Positions 26,473-64,000 of a stretch of DNA of 64,000 bases are shown here, piece by piece. The position numbers were made by a program, and so were the translations under genes. Position 1 is the first letter of the stretch, and every line of letters starts with the position of its first letter. The notes beneath the pieces are model-generated. The model saw only the letters and a program-made list of their open reading frames with translations, did no database searches and was not told where the DNA came from. Source of the DNA: Phoronis australis (lineage: Eukaryota > Animalia > Phoronida); assembly GCA_002633005.1 (NCBI GenBank), contig NMRA01000091.1, positions 16,275-80,274 on the forward strand, in the 5' to 3' direction.

Positions 26473-28110
26473 ATCATAGCTAAGTTAACGGAAACTTGAA
26501 ATATGGATTGAATTGAAGAAAGTGAACGAAATGGTATCAGGACGGCTTGGTAGTTACAGAGCTTCTTTCAGAGAACACATACTTCTAGCTTTCAACAAAA
26601 GGTACGAGTTTTGCTTTCAATATCAGCGTCCTTTTCCACGTGATTCCCTTAAGACTGTTCAAACCAGTTAGAGTTATTTATAGAGTCCGATATCGTACAT
26701 TTATGTGATTGAGTAAATGAAGATGCATTGTTTACCTGGATAAAAACTAAAATAGAATAAAGCCGTTTACTCTCATATAAGCGGTCTCATTACATTCCTA
26801 CCGTGACACGATTCTATCTCCGTTACCAACTCAAGTCATAGACATTGCGTACATGCGCCATTTTCGAATTCCTACCCCAACAAACTCTGACGCGTCTTCT
26901 CGAGTCGCTCATAGTTTCATTGTTAGTAACGAAAATGGAATCTTATCACAGTAAGGACTTTTGCGATACTGATTTTATCAGAGTCAAATGCCTAATTCGA
27001 TTTTCGCTTTTTAGCCAGCCAAACGAGGTGTAATACAGCTTCAAATAAAAAGTCTTTAGTAATAGCGACCTGAGAAAGAGTGGCAACAGTAGTAAAGTTT
27101 CAGCTGGATAAGCTTAATGAACAAAGTATTTTCAAATTGAGGCTGTAATTTTGCTTTATGTAAACCTGGCAGGTGTTCAGATAAGTCAACAGGCTCATGG
27201 TCTCAGTGTAGAGTTGAGCATCGGCACCTGAGAGACGGTTGAGAAAAACTACATATTAAACTTTGAAGGCCATAGTCAATTTGAAGCTGGTGGCTAGTGC
27301 CACCGAATTCAGCGTGAACAGGGAAAGTACTTAATTATCCATGTACTTGCGTCATGAATTCTTCGCCAAGCGCCATATTAGCTATTTACTCTCTCTTTAA
27401 GAGAAATCTGCATTGATGACGTCAGACTTAGTAACTTTGAGAATGGGGACTATGTACACTGTAGCAGATTACGCAAATGACATCAAAATGTCACGTGACC
27501 TGAAATTTTTATGAGCTTGGTTTGAAAGAATATCGGACTGCCAGTTCTTTCCAACTCCAGAAATCGCACTTGTTATGACTAAGGAAAATTAACCACGATA
27601 CGTTGCCTAAATCAAAACTATTTTTTTTAAATAAGCAAGAGTTGAATGTCGCTTTAATTTCATGAGCGACTTGATGAGACAATGCCTTGCGGTAACTAAC
27701 AGTGAACTCAACTCTGTATTTAAAAAAAAATGAGCGCCACCATGCGCACATCGAATTGGTCGGATGTCAGCGTACTTCAGGCTTATAAAAAACAGACATT
27801 TGCCACCTACCTATTTTGCTTAGGTGACTTTCTTTTTACTTCTAACGTACAGTATTCAGCACTTTCAGTAAGTGACGATTCTCATAGCAAGAAAAATGTT
27901 TATTGATTATAGAGAAATTTTATTATCAAAAGAAAGAATATATGGAAGACAAGCCCATAATCAAAAATTATGTGAATTTTTGTACTTTGATAATGCTCGT
28001 GTTGTGACAATAATAGCTCATATCGACATCGTAAAAGCGACACAAAATCCGTTTTCCCATACTTCGCCAATGGGTACACTTGATTTGCCGGGTCAAGCAC
28101 CAGAGACATC

Positions 28111-28263
28111 TAGGTGGAGTTCATTAGCTCTAGGACCTTGCTAAAAAGCAAGACATGGCGAGATAACGTGATATATTGCTGTGTATTTTAAACGAGAAGA
28201 CGTGGTATTGGCTACATGTAGAATTTAGCGAGGCCCTTACTAGCGTTTAGTGAACTCTACCCT
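28111..28263 (+). mobile_element. About 150-bp MITE family, copy 2
   Basis: CTAGGACCTTGCTAAAAAGCAAGAC..GCGAGATAACGTGA matches 3876-4030. Confidence 0.7.
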
Positions 28264-28413
28264 GATTTGGTCTGGGAGCTGGAAGTCGTCAACGAGAACC
28301 AGTCAGATGCTTCAGCCGGTAGACCCGGCGGAATCGGCGATGGGAATTAAATGCAGTCAATCTGTTGGACAATTGCGTAACGATTGACACCAGTAAGGAT
28401 ATCGCAAAGACCT

Positions 28414-31400
28414 TCAGGGCAAGTCTTCGGCTTTTACTTCTTCGTACCCTATGGCTTCCCGTCTGTACTTCTTTTTTCTGCGCATGCGTACACACATGAG
28501 GCCAGTGAAGATCATTATACCAAGGAGAGCAAGAGTACACGTTGGTACTAACATGGTTACAGTTGTGCTCACCCGGTGAACATGAAATTCCCGTCCATGG
28601 ATAGTCTGCAAAACAAAGCATTTGCGGGATTCTTTAAAAGAACTGACAATTTTACAATGGTTCGTCAATTTTGAAAACGTTTTCGAAAAAGCATTCGGCG
28701 TTTTACACCTTATACAATTAGATTTGCAGTTAGATCTTTTGTTTATTACGTTTTTGCCGCCCACCCCCTCAGAATGCACTTGCGACAGTTAACGTTCAAT
28801 TGCCACGGTTCGCCCGTCATACATGGATTTTTGGTCTTATGTTGGCAAAGAGTTCGATCCACCCTAACAGACGCTAAATGTCTGAACGCCACCAATGGAA
28901 CCAACCGAGCTTTAAAGAAATTGAATCCAAAGCAGTTGCAGTCGTATACAAACCGTTTTTTCAGTTGTAGAATTTGAGATCCCATAGTGCTGGTCATTTG
29001 ATTTACCAGCACTGTTGGCGGCAAGGTAACTGATATCTAAAGGAGACTCAGTCTCCTCGGTCCCTGTTTCCTGTACATCGCTTGGTGTGGTAGTGGATCT
29101 CACCCAGTCGTGGCTCGTATGGTTTGCATCCTCAAAAGTAGATTTAACAGCTGTTTGTGTTGCGCTGGTTATTGCGCCTGTCGTGTCAGTTTTACACCTG
29201 TACCTGTGATAGATTGAATTGGCTGCAATATATTGAGATTGAATGTATAGGGTTAATTTTTTATACCGCACAATTTCCCTATACTGCAAATGAATTCATG
29301 TAATTCGCGTTGCTTTTGCACACATATAACAAAACTACTGCCAGTAACAAACCATTTTTACATTCACATTTTTTCATATCAATTCACAAGACACCGCCAA
29401 ATTTGTGTACTTGTTTTAGGCGGCGATAGCCCAAGTAGGCTACAATTTGCTTGCAAGTTTTATTGATACATGTATGTGGTTCTCATGGTGCTTTTGTTTG
29501 AAGTCGATTCCCGTGCACAATATGTTTGGAGCTACAGGCAGTGATGGCGGTTACTATAAAATAAATGTACCTTTGGATGGCATTGTAATAGCTGACATCA
29601 ATATTCTGGCAAACCTCGTCACCATAGCAAATCGAGGGAGCACGGTATTTTGGTGGTGACCTCTCGTGGTTCAAGATGTCAGCAATCTTAATGTGAGCTT
29701 CCATAATGACTTCACGAACACAATCTTTCAAGGGGTCGTTCACCGACAAAGACGGTCGAAGCGCACAGAGGGTTGAAAGAATCATTCGAATGGTTAGGAA
29801 GAATCCCTAAAAGTAAACAATAGTATTAGACTATCGTCCATGATGTAATGCGTACTCGTCGTGTAAAAACAACACACTATTAGAGAGCCCTAGATATTAA
29901 TTGGTATTCAATAAACCAAGAACATGGCGCAACTAGAGTGAGTTAGAGCGCGATGAAATTTCTTCTGCAAGGAGAAGTCTGGGGTGGTGTGGGGTTAAAT
30001 AACATACTACTGTCGTCTAGTAACGTTACCGAGGGAGTGGGGTCTAGTTGGAAAAGCTTTTCTATATTTTGGATGTAGAGCTCAAGTGTAAAAAATTAAC
30101 GCCACGAGTGTTCACTAATGCTCAGGTGTCTTCTCATGTTGGACTCGTATTTAAGTCTTAACTAAAAGATGTTGTTACCCCTTGAATTGAAAGTAAGAGT
30201 AATTTTGAAATCATGAATTTTTAAGACATCTTTGAATTAAAGAAGTGAGAGCTTTGACGGCCATTTTTTGTGTGACCCCAAGAAATTTGAGCATTAATTT
30301 TAAAAGGAAACGCAACTGTTTGTTACCTTTAGTAGAAATCTAAAATCCTGGTTATTTTCCAGAGAATCTGATAGTTTTATTTTCGATGTTGATTACTATT
30401 CGCTTGGCGACTATGCATTAAACATACAACACTAAAACGAGACGTAAACGGACATAGCGAGTATGACAATATTTTACCTCAATGGAGGTGAAGTTTGCTG
30501 GGACGTTTAAGTCACCTTGTATTGTTCCATGAAAAGCAAATGCACGCCAGTGGAACAATAATTAACGCGGAAAATGTACTTCCAATGTAACCAGAAGTCT
30601 GAATTTTCTACCAAACGTAACAACAAAAACGGAATTTTATGCTTATCCCTTTAAAGTCGTTGGAATCATGTTCTGTTGTCAAAAACGACCACAATTATCT
30701 AGTTGCTAGATATGAATATGTCAATCTCAATATCGCGTGGAAAATATGCTGCAAACATTTAAGTCTTGCGAGCACGCCACCAGTTGGCCACATCGCTTGA
30801 CCTAATGGATATCAGTCTGAAAAGATTTCCGCCATCGACCGGGACTCGTACCCAGAACCTTCTGCTGTCTAGTTACTCTTCTAAAGCAACAATATTCGCT
30901 TGAAAGTGGTTCCTGGAATTTCCTTGATAACGGAAAGATTGCCCTATCGTGGTAAAGAATATTATCATGATGAGACCGATTTTATGATAGTGAAAGGTCT
31001 CATTAGAGTTTGCTGAGTGGTACGCAAAACACGGCAAAAGGCAGTTTAAAACTTGTTTTGACAAAAGGCGCGTGTTTATGGACCCTTTAAAAGCTGTATC
31101 GGATTCTCATTATTTTCAAAAATATTGTGATGTTGATTGAACATCTCTCACTGGGATTAGTTTTCACTGACTTCCTTAGCGTCAAATTTAAAGTTTCTCA
31201 CCAAAACGAAATGATAAGAGTATTTGATATTACGTAACGAAAATCACTACCTACATGTAAACAACTCTAAAACCCGTTTATTGTTTGATACGACTTAATT
31301 CATAGAAAATTTGTGAGTTCGCGAAACATAATCTAGACACATGCCGCAACATTTGTGATTGTATTTTGTTGTGCTTATTGACTGGCGGTTGCTTAATGAG

Positions 31401-34400
31401 CGAAACCATCTGCTACCCCCGACCATAAGTAAAGAACACATGTTGAGTATTTTTCATTAATCCACGACCTCTTTTATCGATCGTTACTCAGAAATGATAA
31501 GATGGGAAACTGGAAGGGCTCACCTGCAGAGTTTTAAAATGTATCACGAGGTTTGTGAATATGAAATACCACCCAATGCTGCCGTCTGCTTAACAAGGTG
31601 GTGGATGTAGTTACATAACGCTACCTTCTGTCACAGCGCCACCTATACGGTAAAGCCTAGTGGAGTCATGATGAACAATACACGGGATTCCGTGGGTGGG
31701 CACGAGTGCGCATGAATGTCTTGGTATGGATATTTGTCGTGAACATTTCGTACGGGAATGGGCTTGAAAGTATAAGGTCTAGTTGTTTAGTTGTTTTGTT
31801 TGAAGCGTTGCAATTTTGCGTGCGCCAAAATCACAAATTTGTGCGATATGCATCTATTTAGTCTGTTCTCTGTGGTTGCAGCAATTGGAAGCCACAAAGA
31901 CACTTCACAATATATAAAAAAGTATACTGATGCATTTCTCTACATCACCAATCGGAATTATTGAATGTCATTTCCAACCAATCGGAATGTCCGATTGTTA
32001 CTTCATTCTGTTAATCAATGAGAAGCCATGTTATATGGCCTAACCGCAATGCTACTGCTGGGAAAAGGGCAAATGAACGATACCTTGATGACGCTAAGTT
32101 TTTCAAGATGGCGACTTGCAATTGGAAATCTTAACCATATATAGGCCTATGTCATTCGTCAACAGAATTGAGTTAACTAAGACTGATGACAAGCTTATTG
32201 ATGATGGAGTTGTTTTGAACAGGTTATATCATTATAATCAATACCATGATGGCAATTACTATAAACGTGAACATGTTCTCACTAAAATCGTTAATGATAA
32301 TGCCAAGCCTTTAAACTGTTAACTTAAATTCATCATATGCTACAAGTCTAGAAAAACTTTTAAGCCTAGCGATGCGGAACAATACCAAGTTGCAGCGACT
32401 CCTGTTGAGGACGGATTTGATTTGTAATTTTGAATGCCTTGCGGTTGCTTGTATTCATCTCACTCATGGTAAATCAAGATATGTCGATCTCACTACTTGC
32501 TTGCTTCACGACGGTTACGTTTTCATATTTTGCAAAACTAACGGGTTGCAATTTACTCGTACTCGAATAGTATAAAATACTTCTGTTTTGTATTTTGAGA
32601 CTGACCTGTCACGTTCAAGAATCTTAGAAGCACTCATCATTCTATTTAAGAATTCTGGCTTGAATTCTCGAGAGACTAGTCTCAGACCGTCTTTGAAGTT
32701 ATACACTTTATGTTTAGTCTCTAATGTTGGAGCTTTATTTTCATTTGCCGAACTTGTGTCCCTTGTACTTTTGTAACGAATCCGAAAGTTTACGAAGTAT
32801 GCGCACTTACAGTGGTCAAATCATTTCTTCTACCAAAACTGATTCATGTTTTATCTTCTTTGCCAATCCCTAATAATCTGTTTTGTCAAGAACTAGAAAA
32901 ACTGTTTTTTCACTATATTTGGGGAGGAAAGTGTGACAAAATTAGGCGCAAAACCATGATTCAACATTATGAAATGGGTGGTTGTAAAATGATAGATGTT
33001 TACTCTTTTGTAAAGGCAATTAAGATAACATGGATGCGTAGGATCTTAAAAGCCACAAATTCTACTGCATGGTTAAATCTCATCTTAAACACTGATTTGA
33101 TATCATTGGAGTGTCTAAAATTTGGGAACTATTTCTACAAATATGCAGCATCTCGAACTGAGAACCCTTTTTGGAAGGAACTATTTAACTTTCTGTATGA
33201 TTTTTCTAATATAATAGATCAGGAGGAAATACCATATCAGCCAATTTGGTATAATACTAATGTATTGATTGGTGGAAAAACTGTATTTTGGAGAAGATGG
33301 TTTGAAAAGGGTGTTTATTATATCTCAGACCTACTAGACGAGCATGGATATTTGTTATCTTTTGAAGGTTTTTGCAAAAAGTTCAATTTTAGACCAATAT
33401 TTTTGAATTTTTATGGGCTCAAGGAGGCTGTTTGTCAAAAATGGAAAATCTCAAAAAGAGACAAGTTTTCCTTCTACGCACCCTCTATCCCAATTTTTGT
33501 GAAATTGTTACTTGCAGACAAGAAGGGAACAAAACATATATATAACACTTTGGTGCTAAACAAATATGCCCGGCCTAGGTCTGAGATGAAGTGGCAGGCA
33601 GAACTTGCAATACCTGACACTACAGAATGGTGGAAATTTGCCTACTTTCTGAATTTTACACTTGACGTGAAACTTCGTTGGTTTCAATTTAGACTGTCAC
33701 ATAGGATAATTAGCTGTAACTCTTACCTTGTCAAAATTGGGGTAACCAACTCCCCCTTGTGTACGTTTTGTAAGACTGAACCTGAGACTTTGCTTCACTT
33801 ATACTGGCAATGTGATGTTGTTCAAAATTTTTGGAACAATGTTGAAGGTTGGGTTAGAAACAAAACTAATATTTCCCTTGGTACAAATGTGCTTACAGTT
33901 TTCTTTGGAAACAGATGTAGAAGCCAGCCAATTCAAAATTTAATCTTGTGTCTCAGCAAGTTCCATTTATATAAGCAACGTCTCAAGGGTAAACCTCCAA
34001 ATTTAATTGTATTAACAAAAGAAATTAACAGTTATTACTCCAGTGAAAAACATATTTATTCAAAAAATTTACAAATGGAAAAATTTACAAACAGGTGGTC
34101 ACAAATGCATAATTTGATAGCAATGTAAGGATATTTTATCATTCCAAAATACTCTCCCCCCTCCTTTTTTTTCAGAGCCATATACTACTATATTGTCTTG
34201 TATGTTTTTGTTTTCTTTTGTTAAATCTATTTCAAAATCCGGTTCACGTATATTTTTAACTTAGTAAACTTTATTTTCATTGAATTGTAAAGTAAGGCAA
34301 GGGAATCCCAGACCTTTGTCCTTACTTATGTTGAACTGGGAGAATAAAAAAAAAAAAGTATGCGCACTTGATTATGGTTTCCGTGCCTTTTACGCATTTC

Positions 34401-36578
34401 TTTCTCAGTGTCACTGTTCTGTTTCAGCGCTCGATCTGGCTACCCGCAGGTCGCCAATGCGACCTCAGATTGTGTTTGGCGGCCTGAAAAATCTCAAGTC
34501 ACCACTTCAAGTATCAAAATCAGACAATAATTCCCCCTAAATTAGTTTCAAAGTTCGTGTTGACTTCCAAACTTTAAATTACATTTTTCATAGTTCCATT
34601 ACCTTTGATTAAGTATTGTTCGTGCATTTGCCACCACAGCAATCAGCAGACACCAAGCACGCGCTTGAAGTACAACAGGCAGTAAACAGAAGGAAGTCGG
34701 AATTGTTCGTCAAAAATCGGGCAAGATCGGTGAAATGCGGGTCACCAGTGCATGCGATCGTCAATACGTTCTGTGTTCGTTTACCGGCGGGAGGAATTGA
34801 GTTAGATAATGAATGCACATTGAATGGACATTTGAGAGGTACATGTACATGTACAGTACGGTTAGGAATCTCAGACTGGGGCACGGTACGACTACCGCAC
34901 GACCTTTTTTAGTCAACGATTTCTACGCCGGAATCGGCAACCTCAGATTCCACTTGGCGACCTGGCATTTTCAGCTTTGTCGACCTCAGATTTCGTTTCG
35001 CGACCTGGGATTTTTGCCAGGTCGTCAAATGCGACTTGGCGTTAAGCTAAGCGTCGAGCGCTGCCTGTGATGGATATACATGTAGTAGTCCGATATACTG
35101 GAATATATTTGCTAATATTTTTACTGTGTGTCGTCTTTTTTCCAACAATGACGTTTCGAGAGATCTCTACATAATGTAAAAGTTTTCCGTGAACATTAAC
35201 AAGTGGGGAAAAATCTGCAAATCCTACATGTGTGAACATCTTACCTGTGCAGCGCGCACGCATCTGTGCTTTGTGCTCGCGCAGTAGGCATTTCAGCAGA
35301 GAAATCCCTGAACTGGAAAACGTACATACCCAGTCTGGGACTTCGGCAGCCTTTTTGATGACGTCATCGAAGCATTGTATCATGGAACAGTAACCATGAG
35401 ATCTACCGTTCAACCAGTTTTCGCTGAGATTTCTAAAAAAACACCGTTTTGCACATCCGTTCCACAATAAGTCTCTAGACATGGTGTTCATCATTAAGAG
35501 ACATATATTTCAATACAAAAACAACTTTGTTGAGGTATAGGTTTAATTTGTTAAATGTCTGTGGTCTTCATTTTCCAAGTGTAGACTAGTTCACTTCGTT
35601 AGTTGAGGGTACATTTTTGATTGCTCACTTGGATCAGAAAGTTTTTTGTAGTCCACAAAATTAAAGTCAGACCCTAATGAAAGTTGACATTTCTTAAACA
35701 TGACTGCCATTTTTGTGTCCTCTAATGGATACATGTATGTGTGCAAATATCGTGCACCGGGATGTTTATTTAGCGACAAAAATCACTGACAAACAAATAC
35801 ATGTAGGCCATAACCTTCCATCTTAAATGCAACTACAGAGACATTCTGAACCCATGAAAAGCCTTCAGCTAGCGCGGATGACCTACGTAAATCTAAGTTT
35901 TTCCAATTCACTAAACTATTACCTTAGGAGGTTCCATTTATCTCCCATGCAGAATGCTAGCTCTGCACTCTTCGCCACATTCTGTTTACATACTTGCAAT
36001 CTTGCGAGAACCTGTGACGAAAATATTTGTTCATAGACATTCACCCTCTTGCCACGACTGTTGACATCGGCATTTCCGTTTTCCAATACAGTCCTGTTGA
36101 AAGTAGGCAAAACACAGTGTAGGGAGCGCAGGTCGTTATAGTAATCCAAATATACAGCAGAAGTCCTCCACTCGTATGCAGAGCTGGAACTGTGCGAATG
36201 GAAATCCAACAACGCCGTTACTGAATTGTTGATCCCTTTTATAGTAGAAGTGAGAAACGATTGCTTTGTTGTTACCGGCCTATAAACTTCAGGTGTAAGG
36301 CTTGAACTGCCAGACTGAGTTGCATGTGTTGAAGTTACAGTGCCTGTCCCATTATGGTGCCCGATCGCTAAGTCCACCTCGTGTAAAATCTTCTTTTTTA
36401 CTGCGTCCACCGATTCTTTATAATCACTGTAGTTGTTGTTATTTAGGTTAACTGTACTCTCCAATTTTTGCACAAGATGCTTGAGAATATTAGCAATCAT
36501 ATCCGCCATTGTAGCGTCTACCGGATCTGTCAAACGCGTGAATGTCAAGGAAAATAAAAACAACTGTGGCAGCAGCAT
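28414..36578 (-). CDS. Uncharacterised type I single-pass membrane protein (signal peptide, Cys-rich ectodomain, Ser/Thr stalk, TM, short tail); middle exons unresolved
   Basis: Exon 36578-35923 (MLLPQLFLFSLTF..., phase 2) joins 35474-35245 in phase (Cys-rich, GTAAG donor). C-terminal exons 29806-29571, 29203-28954 (S/T-rich) and 28605-28414 (TM MLVPTCTLALLGIMIFTGLMCV, then RMRRKKKYRR, stop) join in phase. Linking the two blocks into one gene is an inference; candidate linking exons lie near 32720-32606, 31588-31527, 30943-30877 and 30599-30517. Confidence 0.65.
32809..34355 (+). mobile_element. 5'-truncated L1/Tx1-clade LINE, young insertion
   Basis: Uninterrupted 438-aa ORF2 C-terminus, AATAAA (34343) plus poly(A), and a perfect 14-bp TSD AAGTATGCGCACTT at 32795-32808 and 34356-34369. 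Confidence 0.93.
32812..34128 (+). CDS. C-terminal part of L1/Tx1 ORF2 (post-RT region and zf-RVT CCHC); RT core lost by truncation
   Basis: KSFLLPKLIHVL, FFHYIWGGK.DKIRR..M....EMGG, QPIWYNTN, LRWFQFRLSHRII, CTFCKTEPETLLHLYWQC...FW. Confidence 0.85.
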   Translation: MVKSFLLPKLIHVLSSLPIPNNLFCQELEKLFFHYIWGGKCDKIRRKTMIQHYEMGGCKMIDVYSFVKAIKITWMRRILKATNSTAWLNLILNTDLISLECLKFGNYFYKYAASRTENPFWKELFNFLYDFSNIIDQEEIPYQPIWYNTNVLIGGKTVFWRRWFEKGVYYISDLLDEHGYLLSFEGFCKKFNFRPIFLNFYGLKEAVCQKWKISKRDKFSFYAPSIPIFVKLLLADKKGTKHIYNTLVLNKYARPRSEMKWQAELAIPDTTEWWKFAYFLNFTLDVKLRWFQFRLSHRIISCNSYLVKIGVTNSPLCTFCKTEPETLLHLYWQCDVVQNFWNNVEGWVRNKTNISLGTNVLTVFFGNRCRSQPIQNLILCLSKFHLYKQRLKGKPPNLIVLTKEINSYYSSEKHIYSKNLQMEKFTNRWSQMHNLIAM

Positions 36579-37471
36579 ATTGATGAAATTCTACGAGAGT
36601 ATTTTACATGAACAAATCCTCACCATCAAAAAGGCTTATCGAGTCGCGTATGTTCCAGGAAGACCCACTTATTGGACTCCTCTTCGGGAAGAGACACTTT
36701 CTTCAGTATAGTTAATCGGTGCAATCAGCTACAGTCCGTATTATCGTGTGAAGAGGAAAATCGTAGATATTGACAACTGTATTAGATTTTATTAATTTTT
36801 TCGTGAACATGACTAATAGCTCAAGTTTCAAAAGTGACACGTGATTATCACACCTGTTGTTGACGGCTTACCTATAATTGGACTCGTCTGTTTATTAATG
36901 TCAGAACTATATCGATTTATACAAACAGTTCAGAATGCAATGACCATTCCGACCTGGAAGACAACATTAACTAAAAATTGGAAATGACTTTGGTTTAAAC
37001 TGAGCAATAACCGTTTGAAGAATTCTTTACCACTTAGTGCCTGACGTTGTTTTAGTTCAAATTGTAGATATTCTTGGATGCAATGGCGTGTATAACAGGA
37101 GTCAGATCATCAATGACGTGAAAACAGGGTTCATACATGTATTATCAACTTTCATTAAATAATCAACACATAAGTACTATATCCACGCGATATCATTTTT
37201 GAAGCATTAAGTGAAGTAGACGCTTCAGTAGGTGAATACAAGAACTGAACTGTGATTTCCGTATGCTACCAAAGTGGGGCGCAGCTTGTAGCGATCTTAG
37301 TTCCCGGAAACTTGCGGTGGATAGATTATCCGTAAGTACTGCATGCGGGGAGTGTATTGTTCGCATAGTAGCTTCAGACACGAGATAATCACATAGGGGT
37401 CATGGACACAGCTGTCTGTCAGTGGCACACAGGGTAGCAGTACAGTGGTGCTATGCAAGAGCCCGTTCCAC
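36579..37471. promoter_or_regulatory. Candidate bidirectional promoter between divergent genes
   Basis: Start codons at 36578 (minus) and 37472 (plus) are about 0.9 kb apart; untranslated exons were not determined. Confidence 0.35.
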
Positions 37472-62582
<25,111 letters not shown>

Positions 62583-64000
62583 CTGTTGAACTTGGCAATT
62601 CAACTATTTCTTAATTTTTAAGTTCACGGAATTCTTCAAAGTTCATTATCGTGTTAGTCTTAACCGGATCACAAAATTGTGCATTGCACTGTTTTCTGTG
62701 ATTAATCGTATGGCAGCAGTGCTGGATTGATTTTACTTCAGAAAACATTGCTTCATAGGTCTACCATCGACACATTTTCTACATGTATAAGCGTGCTCTG
62801 TAACAGAAACTCTCAAGCCATTGCTGTTTTAATACTAACACCATTTACTTCTCATTCAAATGCGTTTCTGTAACAACAAATTGGCTTTCAAACTGACTTG
62901 AACACAGCTGTCATTTTATGGAAATAAATTCTGGAGCAAAACGTTATGAACACTGAATATTTACGAACAGGTAGCATTTCCCGCAAAAATAGTGCAAGTC
63001 ACAAGGGGTGTGCTTTTCATAATTCTTGCCTTTAGTTTTTGAAGTCCACTCAGCGCTAAATTACGTCAAGCAGAAATTGTAAACTTCCAACAGAAATAAT
63101 TAATGACGCTAGTGAGAAGTCAATGAAATCTCGATCCTTGGCTTTATGGTGGCACTCGATAGTTTTTTGAGCCACGATTAAAATGGCCTCCCTACTTTAC
63201 TACTGGTTGGCTTAGCTTTTCAAGTTTTGTTCTACATGTGAAGGCTGCGAATAGCATTTGCTTGATTTTTGAGTCTGTTAGAAGTGAAATATTAGCAGTT
63301 CATGGTCCCTTGATCCACGTAATTACCCAGTCGTGGCTTTTCTTAGACCTTTACTATTGCAAGTGGGAAGTTGAAATTAAGCAGGAAATTCAGATACTCG
63401 GCCTTCAAACACTTTGGATTTAAAAAAAACTGGGAGATCGACATCCACTTTTCACGTGATTTCTGTAATTTGGAGAATTTAGTTGCTAGTAACCGCATGC
63501 AAATGGTGGCTTTAGGGTGAAAATGCTGAATTGGCGTTTTTTGCTTCTTTTTAAATACCGGGATGCACTTTCGGTAGTCGTAAAGGATAAGAAAATTGAC
63601 TGTGGAAACAATTTCAATTGATTCATGCAAGGTTTTTAAAGTCTTTGGCCCTGTATACTGTTCGTATTTTCAGGTTGTGTGCATCCTGTGAAACAGACTG
63701 TTGCTTCCAAAACCTGGGTTTTGAAGCCCAAATCATCAAAAACTGTTGAGTGCAACCTATCACCTGAAATTATGAGTTTGAACTCGTCGTCCATAAAAAA
63801 CACAAGTTCATCTCAAAACATGACCCAAAGATGGCGCTGCGTGGCGCTTAAAGTCAGCATCCCTGTTTGCTAAATTGTATCATTAGTAATCCATGAAGTT
63901 ACCAAAAGTGAGAACAGTTTGGTATTTGAAATTATAATACTATCTTTTTCATAATTTAACGTTGCGTTGACAACCAAAACTACACCCTCGGCTAAACTTT

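Noticed and set aside
30780-30872. tRNA gene (B-box-like GGTACGAGTCCC on the minus strand)
   Set aside because: No cloverleaf or A-box; at most a decayed SINE head.

Overview
AT-rich, intron-containing animal DNA, most likely lophotrochozoan or molluscan (inferred from gene content and repeat types), with one assembly gap at 42342-42975. Four host genes were reconstructed by hand from GT-AG, phase-matched exons: (1) the first two exons of a cytosolic sulfotransferase (minus, continuing off the left edge); (2) a complete 11-exon, 570-aa secreted CBM2+GH9 endogenous cellulase (minus, 11006-25401); (3) an orphan Cys-rich type I membrane protein (minus, 28414-36578, middle exons unresolved); (4) head-to-head with (3), a 3-exon, 474-aa nodulin-like/MCH1-type MFS transporter (plus, 37472-62582). 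Introns and intergenic DNA hold many transposons: Sola-like, Academ-like, P-type elements at three sizes (673 bp, 80 bp and a 30-bp probable excision footprint), L1/Tx1 and CR1-type LINEs, and MITEs. The most striking structure is a four-level nest in MFS intron 2: a Penelope with a hammerhead-like motif contains a Kolobok (THAP plus convergent KolX), which contains a THAP-bearing Harbinger/ISL2EU-like element, whose THAP domain is split by a fourth insertion. All coordinates and translations were read by eye; no database searches were run.
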